A stretch of 64,000 nucleotides of DNA from Fimbriosthenelais zetlandica (taxonomy: Eukaryota), in assembly GCA_977030845.1 (NCBI GenBank), contig OZ365110.1, positions 29,016,001 through 29,080,000 of the forward strand. Direction: 5' to 3'. A program made the translations under genes and the position numbers. This document shows, piece after piece, positions 52,077 through 64,000 of the stretch. Within the stretch, counting starts at the first letter, position 1, and each line of letters opens with the position of its first letter. A model generated the notes under the pieces. That model had not been told where the DNA came from. It made no database searches and saw only the letters and a program-made list of their open reading frames with translations.

Positions 52077-55000
52077 GTAAGGGAAAGAGTTTTGTATCAA
52101 TTGGCTTCGATCCCAGAACAGAATTCAGGCGATTAGTATCGATCGAGAGGCTTCGGGAAAGACATTGTAGTCGTCTAGAAGATCACATTTGCCTCGCAAC
52201 CACATTTGCTCGATTAGATACTGAAGTTAGGAGTAGTTTGCCAAATTGTTTCTATCTCTGGAACTGAATTTACTTGTAGCCACGTGGGGAAACTTAACTG
52301 GGAATAGGAGCAAGAACGACTGTTCTTATAAGCGATGGGAACGTTGAAAGAGTTTCTCTTCATAACTGAAAGTTCTACTAAACTGAATTGAACTAGCATA
52401 ATAATTTGGTATCCGATCATCATATAAATTGAAGACCACCTCATATGAATAGGCTTACAGATAATGTGCCGTTTTCCGCCACATATATCAATTGCCTGAT
52501 GTAAATTCAGGTCTATAATGACCATCCACCTGCGATCCCTATTAAGTATATCGAAATATGAAAGCTAAATTGCCGGATAAGTAGTTAAGATGTTGCATCA
52601 ATCTCCCTTGATTTTAGCGTGGCTAAAAATTGCCAAGGATGGATCACTATGTAATGTGCATCGAAGGAGCATAGAGTCAATATTTCACTATACCTATAGC
52701 CATCAATAACAAATCCATTGATGGGTGCTGCTACCTTATTTTAAAGGGAATAAAGACTGGATTAGAGTTTTTTGTGTGTATAGATTGCCCTGCATTTGAA
52801 GTGCTTCACCTTATTTCAAGGAGTTGAATTTGCTGAGAACCAATGAATGTTAGAATAATATTAGAATGATTAACTACTGCAGTTTGCCTGGGTAATATTT
52901 CTGGCATTTTTATCCAAATTATAGCACTTATAAATCGCATGGAAAACACTATATCACTTATATGGTAAAGAAGTTCCTATCATAAAGAACACCATGCAGC
53001 CTAGGCATAAGAGACCTATTATCATGCTTATTTCTTCTAGGCCATATATAACTGTAAATCATGAACATATAGACCTATAGCTACTACCAGACGGGGGACA
53101 GCTGTGCTGAATACAACTGTTGGGTCATAAGTAGGGGACAGTATATATAGCAGCTATGACTAACATAGCATATATCGATAACATTAAGTATTTTGGCATA
53201 AGGCTTTTAAATACCCTTCATTAGGGGGCCTATCATTATATATATGTGGGACGCCTGATAGTCGTGTTAATGACGGGACGCTTCGAGGCCATTAGGAAGA
53301 GTTCATTAACTCGATAAATGCTCTGCATGCGACTGCATATAAATCATTATCTCAGAGGAATCCCTTCCCATTTGTAATAGTACTAAATTAAGCGAGGCAG
53401 TGAATGAATTTCTCATTTTAAAATGCGTAATAAAATAGGATGTGTTGTTTCATATGTTGAACCTGTTGGGGAAATTGTTAGCTTAGGGAAAGCATAGACT
53501 GCTATGTTATTATTGGTATATATGTATAAGTCATTTCTGGGGCCCCTTAGTCTTTTGAGTTCTTGCCAGAAGTTAAGTAAAGAGAAAGCAAAGCTTTTAT
53601 TCCCCTGTCTATAGGTGGTCCCTAAAACCCAGTACTCTCCATGCTTGCAGCGCAGCATGATTTATGTGGTTGCCTACAGGAACCCAATAAGGGCAGGAAA
53701 TGAAGAGTCTGGGGCGGGCTAAGGTTCCTACCACGCCGTCAATGACAATCACCAAGTCCTACCTCGTGCACAATACCATGAGAAAGTATGGCCCAGTCCT
53801 CGTGTATGGGAAACCATATAAATATAAGGTAATCATGTCTATGAGCTTAAACCTTCTTTGGTCAGGCCAAGAGAAGTAAAAGTGTAAATCTGGACAAAAA
53901 CACAATGATCTGACTCAAAAGGGAAACTGAAAAAGTGGCCAAAAATAGCCAAAAAGGGAAACAATGATGCTAAAATAACCTGTAAGGCCTACAATGTTGA
54001 AGAGTACAACTTTCAAAAATAAACCAAAATTTGCAAAATGAGAATGTTGTCAAAGGAAGACATCTTTCCCAGAACATTCCTTAAAAAGGCCAACTCATTT
54101 TCCATCTCCTGCCCGTGTTTAGCCCATTACTCAGGAAAAGAATTGATTCAATCAACTTTCTCATAATTTCCATTGATTAAATTAAACTAACACGATTATT
54201 TTTTCGGGGAGCATTTCCTACTCAAGCATTTCCCACCGATTATTTTTATGAAGATATTAAGAAAACACTCATCACAGGGGAAAATAACGTTTAGAATTGA
54301 AGACAACCAACTGAATCATGCACGATAAAATGTGTGTCCGGGACCGATTAGTTGTACAAGAGTCGAGAGTATCGCTCATTGAGTGAATGAGTTCCATAAA
54401 TATTTGGGAGAGTGCATGAAGTAGATGAGTGAGAGGCGAGTTAAAGGGAAGGGAATCAGAGATGGTTTACATGCGCATAAGCCAGCAAAGTCACAGATCG
54501 GAGCACATACATGTAGTTCCATTTTCCCCTCTGTCATGGAAAACCTGGGTACATGCACTCTATCGTGTTTAAAACAGCCAGAGGGGGCCGGAGGTACAGG
54601 CACAGGTTTCTACACTTGGCTTATCTTTCAAAGGTGTATGACTCTAGCATGTGCACCGTTTCATGCACAACAAACCCGATGTAACATTTGTGCTTGACAT
54701 TTGCATGGGGATAGAATGGCAATGTTTCTCATGTAATTTGGTGGTTTTAAAGTTTAATCCCGAAAAGCAATTATGAGTCAAATCTCTGCTATAATGCGTC
54801 GTAATAATTTCCTGTTTATTTTTTTCTTTTCAAAATAATGCCAATGATGTGACTCATTAAGGGAGGAGAGGTGGGGTGGGGGTGGGCGTGGCATGCATGT
54901 CTTCTGTAACTAATAGGGCTCGGGGCATTAGATGGTGTCAGCCTCAGATGAATGGGACTTTGATTCCTTGTTAGCAGAAGATTAATACACAACTGGCAGT

Positions 55001-58000
55001 TTTTCCTCCATACATTGTTAGTCATCATTAATATCCCAACAAAGGTATCAATTATCGACGCAGCAGACGGTTTAATTCGAGGTTAAATCTATCCCCTATA
55101 CACATGGACTAAATAATGGATTTTGTCCAACAATAGCTATGTTCCCCTACAAATTAAGAGAGAAGATGTGAACAAATTGCACTACTTTGACACATCTCAC
55201 TCACCTCATATTAATAAGCCCATCGTCCATCTTCATTTTCCTCTGGAATCTTCAATAATTTTACAGCATCCAGCAAGAATAATCCTGAAATTCAGAAAAA
55301 CCCTTTTATAAATCATAAATTTATAGGACACTTCATGTTTATTGAGCATGTAATTTTAATGCGACTGTTCATTATCTGAGACTTGTGTGGCTAATTCACA
55401 TGAGTTATAATAGGACGATCCAGCCGCTAACATGGTCCAACCTCTAATAACCAACCAGCATCCAGTGCCTCTTTGTAATCCTAATCTCAGAAAACCTTGC
55501 AACGAATAACAATAGTTTTTGCATTGGATCTCACTGAAACGAGTGTAGCTTCTGAGATCTGGGGAGAAAAAAATTGATCGAAAATTCCTTAATCAATGAG
55601 GGAGCCAAACCAATTACAGAAATGGTGCCAAACGAAGGAACAAGGAATGCTAATTTAAAGCTAGCGCCCAGCTTTGTTAACATGGCACTATTTTGACTGC
55701 CATCCAATCTATTTCATTCATTCAAATCTCTCACTTCTTACAAGTCCCATTCCCCATTCCTACTCCTCCTCCACCCTGCATTAATCGATCACGTTGAAGG
55801 GAGCCTCTATAATGGGCACATGGGTCTTTGGGGGAAAGGAGTTAATTTTGTATTTGTTCCTTCGCTGTTTCAGGTAGAATAGTCTCGTTATTTCTGATGA
55901 TGCCTTCTTTATCAGAGTGCCTCTGCGGTGGGGCATTCCAGGCACAGATTGAGTCGCCATTGTATTACTATTTATATCTTACATCAAAGAGAGGTGGACA
56001 CAGTCCCCTTTTTGTAGTACAACATGTCCCCGGTTGGGTAAAAGTAATTTGATGCTCTCCAACTTATCAACAAAAGGATTTATGTAGTAGGGACAACGTT
56101 TCTTCAGATTATTAAGCATAATTGCTCTGCAACATGTCAAAAACCTATATATTATGAGAAAACATCTGCAAATCTGCAAACACATCGAAGAGAGTGCAAT
56201 CAAAAGTAGGCCTATAGAGTTTCGTGGGACCTTTGTCTTAAAAAACTAATTTTCTAAGAACTGTATCCATATTTTCCACAGTTCCTCTTTACGATTGTGA
56301 ATGTGTCTCTATGTGCTGAGTTATGTTATTCAATTCCAAATCTCTGGGAAGAATAGTTGTTGTTGACCATCGATATTCAAATGTTGGGAACCTCACTATG
56401 AGCCAGTATAGGCCTTACGGGCTTTCTACCACTGAAACCTGTTCCCATTGTCAGGAACCCTTTCAAAGTTTATCTTTCTTGTAGATCATAGGTATACTGC
56501 ACTAGAGAACTACAAGGGCACTGTTTTACCACTAAAATGCCACATTTGGAGCACTATAGAAAAACCATCTGAGATGTTCATGAGAGCCGATATTTCACCT
56601 CTTTTTGCCACTGTGAGAGGAGGCAGTGGGGTAGGGCAAAGAATTGAACGGTATCCACAATCCCTTTAACCTTGGTTACAAAGGGCAGAATCGCGTCCAC
56701 CACATAACCAAGCCCGAGTTGTTTAGTGATACCTTTCTATGTCCAAATTGCTTCTTCTGAGGTACTCTGCTTAAATCGCTGAATCAATATTATTGATTCC
56801 CAGCACTCTTATGAAAAAAGGAGCCTTGAAAGGATTGCTTTTCATATTTCCATGCTTGCATTCATTTTCCACCTTACCGCAACCTCTTTCAGCATCTCTC
56901 TCTCTCCCGTCTCTCATTTTGGGAAGGTTTTTCACCCATTTTTGTTCTGTCCATGGCTCTCTCCGAGCTCTCTCATGATCGTGTCTAACATAATCATCGT
57001 TAAAACAAAGACTAACTGCAAAAACAGAAACTCAAACCAGATTCAGTTTCACTACGTTAATGTTGTTCTTGGACTATTTTTACTCCAACCCTCCATGTAT
57101 TAATGTTGCTTTTCTGAAGGCAACTCCATGCAACCAGATGGTCATTACGATGTCACAGTCATCATTTTTATGACATGCCTCGTGAGTTAGAATCGAGAGC
57201 GTGTTATTACTCTGATGAATATGAAATGGTATCTAAAATTACACACTAATGGCAGTCTAAAAAGCTACTATTCACATTTGCAGATGATAATATGAACCCA
57301 GAAAATAGGTATATAAATTATGCAACATCAGTTCCTAATATGTTTAGGAGAAGAATAGGGATTTCCTCTGGGGTTCCTCTAAACCCTTTTAAAGCTGCAA
57401 TAGGCATTTAACAAGCTGCAACCAATTAATGAAGGCGAGGTATAGTCTCCTAGTTGAATTACCAGGCCTTTGGTCTTCTGCTACACAATTTCCTCCTCCG
57501 GCTCTTCAGTATACCCACCTCACGAGTGAACTATCCTCTATCCATGTATATAACCTTTTTACAAACATTACATTACACTCATATCTCAAAGAACTAAACT
57601 TTGTTATCCCCATTTAGTCTCCTCCTACCTTCCCTCCATCTCCTTCCTGTAATCAATAATCTTGTATGTAGAGTGGAGGCCAGCTGGGGTTGTCTACCCC
57701 TCCATTAACTCACAATTAATTAAGACATAAAGATGGAGGCCCTACATTAGAACTGCTCCCTCCTAACCTGAGGGGGGCTGTCCATGTCCTCTTGCCCGCT
57801 TGTTCCCATTACCAGCCACTCCCTGCTGTCGGCGCGACAACGCCACCAGCCTGCGACCATTGACCATAATCCAGGCGACATTTTGTGACAAGCTGTGTGC
57901 CATCTTAATGCGTTTCATGTCACCCCGCTGAAATTACTTGGCTGGGAGATGACAAATGGAGCCGTTGCGGGGCGATGTCAGTTTAGGGGATGCGGGGTGT

Positions 58001-60659
58001 GGGATCGCCGGGCTTCATGATGATCAGTAGGACTGACAGGCTGAGTTGATGTGTGTAGGACATACATGGAGCAAGGTCGTTGGCAGGTAATGTGCTGCTT
58101 CCACAGCCTCACCCATTTCATCAGTACCTAATCTTTGTCCTCCTACAGTTGACAAAGCCCTCTGTTCTTGGCTCTAGCTCACTCTGGTATGCTCTGGTCT
58201 CTATAGTGTGGCAGGCATATCACATTTCTCCAGCTTTGTGTAAAACACATGTGAAGTCATCAAGTTGGGCGAAGGGGGGCTAAAAAACAGGGCCTGTAGG
58301 GATCACTCATGATTTAGTGTGTATAGCAAGGAGGGGACATTGGATCCCGTGCCTCAGGGCAGTAGTGGGCTCGTGTGATGGACGCGCTGCGAATTACCCT
58401 GCATGGCTACCCCCTCCAAGTCAATGATTACATGTCACAGGGATTATCACAGGCGATTAGTTAGCTGACACGCCGGGAGATGTTTTGGAAGAAAATATTG
58501 CAATAGCTGGGAGCCATGTCTCCTCTAGTTGACAGCAAGAGCTGAAACTAGAGAAAAGGCTGGGAGGGGAAAGAGGCGGGAGAGGAGATTCCAGCAATCT
58601 GTTCAGCCTGTCACATTAATGGTAGGTAGGGGGGAGAATGTAGGGGGTGTGAGTGGCATATTCCATACAGGCCATATTCACCACAACTCCCCCCTGGCTG
58701 GAGCAGGGGTTATGGAAAGCCCTCCCAGCCCTGGCTTGTAAAGCTGCTGCCATGTAAGCCATGAGCTGTCAGCCGTGCTAGACAATGAATCGGCAATGTG
58801 CTCTGAGCCAGTCACCAGTCCTGAATATCCCCAAACCATCCAACCAACCCCTAGGCTAGAAGCCACCTTTGCCTATGCTACTAAGCACAGGACTTCAGAG
58901 CCTGAGGAGGGAGAGGGGAGAGCCAAGTAGGAGTTCCCCCTCGGGCCACTCATAACACCAAATAGCTGTCCTCATCAGGGCCTTCCTGACTAGAGGAATC
59001 TTGAGGGCCTATATCCAAATAAATTAGTTATTAACAGGGCCTTTCCACTAAAACTATTGAGAAGCCAGTAATTAATTACTCCCTGGTGACTACAGTAAGA
59101 GCCATTTATCTTGGGACTATTCCCCGCGGCGATATGCACGGGTCCATTTACAAGGACAAAAGTTAGACGAAATTACGACCGGATGCGCTTGCAAGAAGAT
59201 AATTTCCTAGAATCCAGTAGAAAGTTCTTGGTCCAGGTGTAAGACAGACATAGTGTCCACACTAGATGGACTAGCCTCAGACTAGCCTCAATGGATCATG
59301 CTGGGATAAGAGTCTGTTATACGATCCATTTCAAATCACGCGACAGATTGGACCGATTCGTTCAGTATGGACAGTCTCTTGCCACTCGAGCCTCTCAAAG
59401 GTCTGTCGAGAAATAAATGCCAATAGCTTCAGCTGATCAATCTAGTACAGAGAGAGATGGGGGAATGGCAGGAAAATATCAACAAGCCATCCACAATGCT
59501 TTTAGCGTGCAGGATTGCTTTACAGTCCGCAGGCCTGACTAAGTTCAATACAAGGTACCCACTACAGTCGATCCTGTGATATATATAATGTATATTCAGC
59601 AATACTAGACCCTTTTCCCCCAATGGTTTTCCAGACACACCAAAGGCGAGATTCCTACTAAAACAGGCTGTCAGTGATCAGTTACCATGGATTGCAAGGG
59701 GTCATGTGTGCACCCTATTCACAATCAAGATGGACGATCCATAATTTGCAAGCATATCGACAGATACATATTCAGGCGCCAGTCAAAGGGCTGAACTTGG
59801 CCGAACAAATTAGATTTCCCACTCTCTATTCCAAAGAAGGCCTGGCTGACGAGCCGGTAGAGAATTGGAAATGAGACAGGAAGCAAGTCATGCCAGGATC
59901 AAGATGATGTGCATGCATATGGTGTAGCTCTGCTTGGCAACGCTGGGGTGTTCCTACATATGGCAGAAAACCACACACATCGGCCTTGGATGTTTAATAT
60001 CCATGTCCCTTCACTGTCCGGCCGCCGCCCATCTATGGAAGCGAGCCATTGCGCCGTATTGTCATGCCAAGGAGGGAGATACTTCAATCTCATAAAGACA
60101 TTTCAAACTGGAAAGGTGGTCATAAAGCATGATCGATCGAACTCAGCTGCCCTTCCGCTGGATCATCGACCAAGTCAGTGGCTACGTCTACAGGTCTTCT
60201 TTCACCCCAATCGGTTGAGGTAATATTAGGGTGGGACCTGTACAGACTGAATCTGTCAATACAAACCCCACCCTGAGACCGGCAGGTCTCTAATCCCGGA
60301 CTCCTCCACAAGCCCTGCCATGGCGCCACCAGTACATTGAACAGGCTTTGCAGCGACCTCTAGACGAGTGTGTTTCTGTCAAGCTTGATATCATTGGAGG
60401 GATGACAAGCAGGTGCCCCGCTTTTCAAAGGCTATTCTCTCTGAGATGTGACATACTGTCCTTTTATTCTTCTCGCTGGGGGTCAGGCAGGGTCCCTTTC
60501 TGGCATTGATTGCATCATAGGGATGTGCCCAGTGGACCATGAGCATTCTGTGACTGGAACCTATCACTTAACACAGGGTGGGCAAGAGAAATAGGGACGC
60601 ATGGGTACAGTATAGGCAAGAGAATTATAACTATTTACGTACACGTTTGAAAAAGAATA

Positions 60660-60945
60660 AGCCATGATGAATCTGAATGAAGGAACCGCAAAGGAAATTC
60701 AAAGGAAGGAAGAGAAAATATGTATACAAAAACACGAAAGAAAATGTATGAAAATGGGCTGAAAACATAAAGAAAAATAATAGACAGCAAAATCAGGAGA
60801 TATTAAATAAAACGCAAATCGAGGACAATAGAAAAAATCGAAGGGTGTAACAGAAAGGAAAGTACATAGAATGTGGAGAAGAAAGGATGCATGGGTGCAG
60901 GAAGGGAAGATGAAGGTAAGAGTGAGAAATAGAGAGAGAAGGACC
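60660..60945 (+). repeat. Purine (A/G)-rich low-complexity tract
   Basis: A/G-biased block with no fixed period; boundaries approximate. Confidence 0.55.
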
Positions 60946-63900
60946 AGCTGGCTCGCCTGGCAAGTCTCTGCGGGTTTGAAACCATGTCTATCCTATTGAC
61001 GACCGCAGTCCACGATCCAAAATCAATGTCTGTAGGATCTTTCCCTTGCCCAGTCGTCTTTCTTTGATCTGCCTCAGAAAGACTTGGCCAATATAACCCT
61101 ATTATAAGCGCACACATAGGAATGCACTCTCAGTCTCCCATCGGGAATCCATCCTCCTTACTTATTCCATGTTATTTGGACCCAATTTGTGGATATCACC
61201 AATCATCCGCATCTCTTATCTACTTTGGCCCGGCGATGTTCCTTTGTCATAATCTGTGATCTAGCATTGTGGGTGAAAGCCCTTTGGCTGTTTGTCTGAA
61301 AATAGCTTCATGGCCACCCAGTGGCCAGCAATTGAGTTAATATTTTCATAGACTTGCCTAACTTCTTGATATATCTATTACGATGTTGACATTTTATTCC
61401 CACTGGTGAATGATTTAGGATATTATTTTTATCAAAAGCCCTTTGGTTAACTTCAAAATAGTTTCAGGGATATTTCCACCATTTTCAACAAAGCAGAGAT
61501 GAAAACATATCCCAAAACGCTTTTTGTAATAAAATGGTAGCTCCAGTTCATTTTAAAGACTGTCAGATAGGCCTGAGAATTTTTTGTCGTTTTTTCTCAG
61601 CTTCAAATTGTCATTAAACGCCTGTGCTCAAACACAATCAGCAGGGGGAAATTATTAAACACCTAAACTTTAAAAAACGCCTGCCAGCACTTCACGACAT
61701 GCCAAAACTTCAATTTGCATTTTTCTCTTGGTTTTCAAAATTCTCTCTAATAACTTGCCACCCGAGTAGATATTTTATGCTACATTTTATGCATGGATAA
61801 GCTTAAAAACGTGATAGGTTCATCCTGAAAGGGGTGAGCATCATTATTCATAATCCCCATCCGCTGTCAGGTAGGGTTGGAGAGCCTCATTAAATCACAT
61901 GGCGCGTGCAATCCTCTGACATTTTGAACACCACTTACTACCTTAAAAAATCCAAAACATGCACAAAAACACCTCAGAAGTAATAAATGATTCAAAGTGT
62001 GCTGTCAATGAGACATCGATTAGGTTAACCGGTGATGTCATTGGACGTGTTTGGGGTGCTTTTCATGAATAATAGGCTAGTAATCTCTTGTACCATTTTG
62101 TAAAGTTAAGTGACCATGAAGATTCATTTGGAAATTCACAAAAATACAAAAACTATTTGTCAGTAGAAATTGTGAGCTGCACATTGGCAATTGGATAAAA
62201 TAGTTCAGTCATATGGTTCCCATGAATTAGGAACCCCCTATAGGAAACATTAGCCAAATCATGTGGGTTCACAGCTTTGATTTTACTACTCAATGTTTGA
62301 TCAATTAAATTATTTATTATTTAATTGTGTGATGGTGGCGGATTTAATTATTGTTAAATTTCAACATATTGACATCTTTACGAATGGAAATCGCCTCGAT
62401 CAACTTGGTCTTCTGGGGGTACTGGAAATTAATTGACTAGGCCAGATCCTATGTAACAGACCCATTAAGTAGTCGAGTCAGGGCATATTGTTCACAGATG
62501 CTGGTACTGGTAGCAGACTGCACGGTTAAAATATTTAAATTACTACGCCGGATAATTGGGCCTAATGGATTGGTAGCAGATGTCTGGGGTCCAGATTAGA
62601 ATAGGTTGAAGAGGGTGATGTAAGCACCCAAACTATGGGGGTTAAAAGATATATGGGGGTTTGGTACCGATCTCTCAATAGAAAAATAAGTAACAACTGA
62701 TGAAACATTAAGAGCGTGCAGACCCGTGACCTTTCACGCAACATTTTTTGGGTAAAGCCACAAAAACAATGCACACCTCCCCGTCTTATTGCGTTCTACT
62801 AAGCCCCAATAAGGACATAAATCCACTTTTTTCTCTTTCTGATGACACTGGTTGCTCGTGAGCAGGAATTTGGTGGCATTAAAGCCATGTAACTTACAGC
62901 TAGTTATCCATGGAGATATCTAAAGGGATGAGAGGTGATTATGGAGGCACGTGCTGGCTAGGGTGCGAAAAATACTGTCTGAGCTATAGAGGAGAATAGA
63001 CCTTTTTATAGGACAGTCTCTAGAGGAAAAGAAGGGGGACATGGCTGGTTGTAGGAAAGGACATGGAGGAATGGGCAGGGCTTGGAGTTGAGACAGCAGA
63101 AAAGGTGATTTGGTTGTTGGTTGATTGGTGTTCAATACAGAAGCAACAGCCAGGTCAGAGAGCGACGATGGGGAAATACGCTGTCGGTACATGTGCTGCC
63201 CCTATCACTTGACAGCAATGGTTCGCTATGAAGCCTCGCACCACAGCAGTGAGAGAGGTGTCTGGTCTATGAAGACCCAGTTAGCAGCATTGAGGAGAGA
63301 AGGGCAATGGGAATTTTGAAGAATGTTTAGTGAACTGAACCTGAGATCTCTCACATTTATTTCAACGGTCGACCATTAAGAGTCTTTAAAAACATTAAAA
63401 GTCTCAATAAATTGAAGCAAAAAGTTCGGAAAGAAGAACGACTGGAATTGCAATCAGGCACTTCTAGAAGTGAGCCCGATGTTGGGGAAGGGGACACCGA
63501 GATTGAAAGTCAGATCGATTGAAGAAATTCTGCAAGGGTTGAACTAATCAGTGAATATTCTCAGGAGACAGATCTGGTTGGAGAACCGGAGTTTAGACAC
63601 CCCAACCCCCTCCCCTCCCACCAAACACCCACACACTCAGGTCTCCATACACATTCCGACCAGTCGGCGTCTTGGGCTCACTAGATGAGGAGGGCTTCTC
63701 CCATAATCCCCCACAACAGCACCCCCTGATGGATTGAGAATTGAACGCTGTACCTAAACAAACGCCTTTAGCATCCACCATCAGAGACTCCCGCCTCGCT
63801 TAACACCAATAGCCCTTACCCAATCCCCCCTCACTGTAGCCACCAGGCCCAGGCCCCCATGTTTATGGCTAGGGCCCCTACTTTTTTGACCCAAATGCCC

Positions 63901-64000
63901 TTTCCAGCCCGGGCCGTGAAATAAATACCGGCAATATGTTTTGTCCCCTGCCTCACTCACTCTGTATATGAGCCTTGAAAGGGCAGTGCAAGGGTCAAAC

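Noticed and set aside
57140-57185. CTGATGA...GAAA, a hammerhead-like core (also near 24920 and 59846)
   Set aside because: Stem II and stem I cannot be paired next to the core in any of these cases.
7118-61570. Several TTAAAG... starts suggestive of Kolobok-type (TTAA TSD) element ends (about 7120, 15960, 44449, 57389, 61555)
   Set aside because: I could not pair any with a matching inverted terminus, so no element boundaries can be supported.
63250-63450. Peptides SSIEERRAMGILKN and LNKLKQKVRKEERL, faintly like BEL/Pao pol
   Set aside because: The frames are broken by stops, and no RT, RNase H or integrase core motifs or LTRs are visible. A TBLASTX against Repbase would be needed.
1-64000. 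Most ORF-track entries (60-175 aa) as independent genes; CRISPR arrays, operons, rRNA and tRNA genes
   Set aside because: The sequence is intron-rich eukaryotic DNA. The short ORFs lack domain motifs and occur at about chance density. I saw no repeat-spacer array, rRNA-like segment or cloverleaf.

Overview
This is metazoan genomic DNA with long introns, not prokaryotic. It is probably an invertebrate; a spiralian or annelid origin is an inference from the gene family and intron style. Almost all entries in the supplied ORF track are spurious. One complete 7-exon protein-coding gene on the + strand can be assembled by hand with canonical GT-AG sites and compatible phases: join(688..844,13138..13419,20722..21138,24247..24399,28567..28614,31135..31222,31479..31797), 1464 nt, 487 aa. 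It encodes a single-pass type I membrane protein: signal peptide, SUEL/RBL (Gal_lectin) fold, CUB-like domain, short sushi/CCP-like module, stalk, TM helix and a Tyr-rich tail ending HIYESPKFGRKFHNV. About 20 kb downstream, a second signal-peptide exon with the same phase-1 donor (51992..52076) begins another + strand secretory-pathway gene, possibly a tandem paralogue, whose remaining exons I did not find in the window. Non-coding signals include CTCF-like motifs, a consensus RFX X-box, an E-box/CRE cluster, two related TGACC-rich repeat copies with nuclear-receptor-like palindromes, a degenerate minisatellite and low-complexity tracts. I found no RNA genes, CRISPR arrays or intact transposases.
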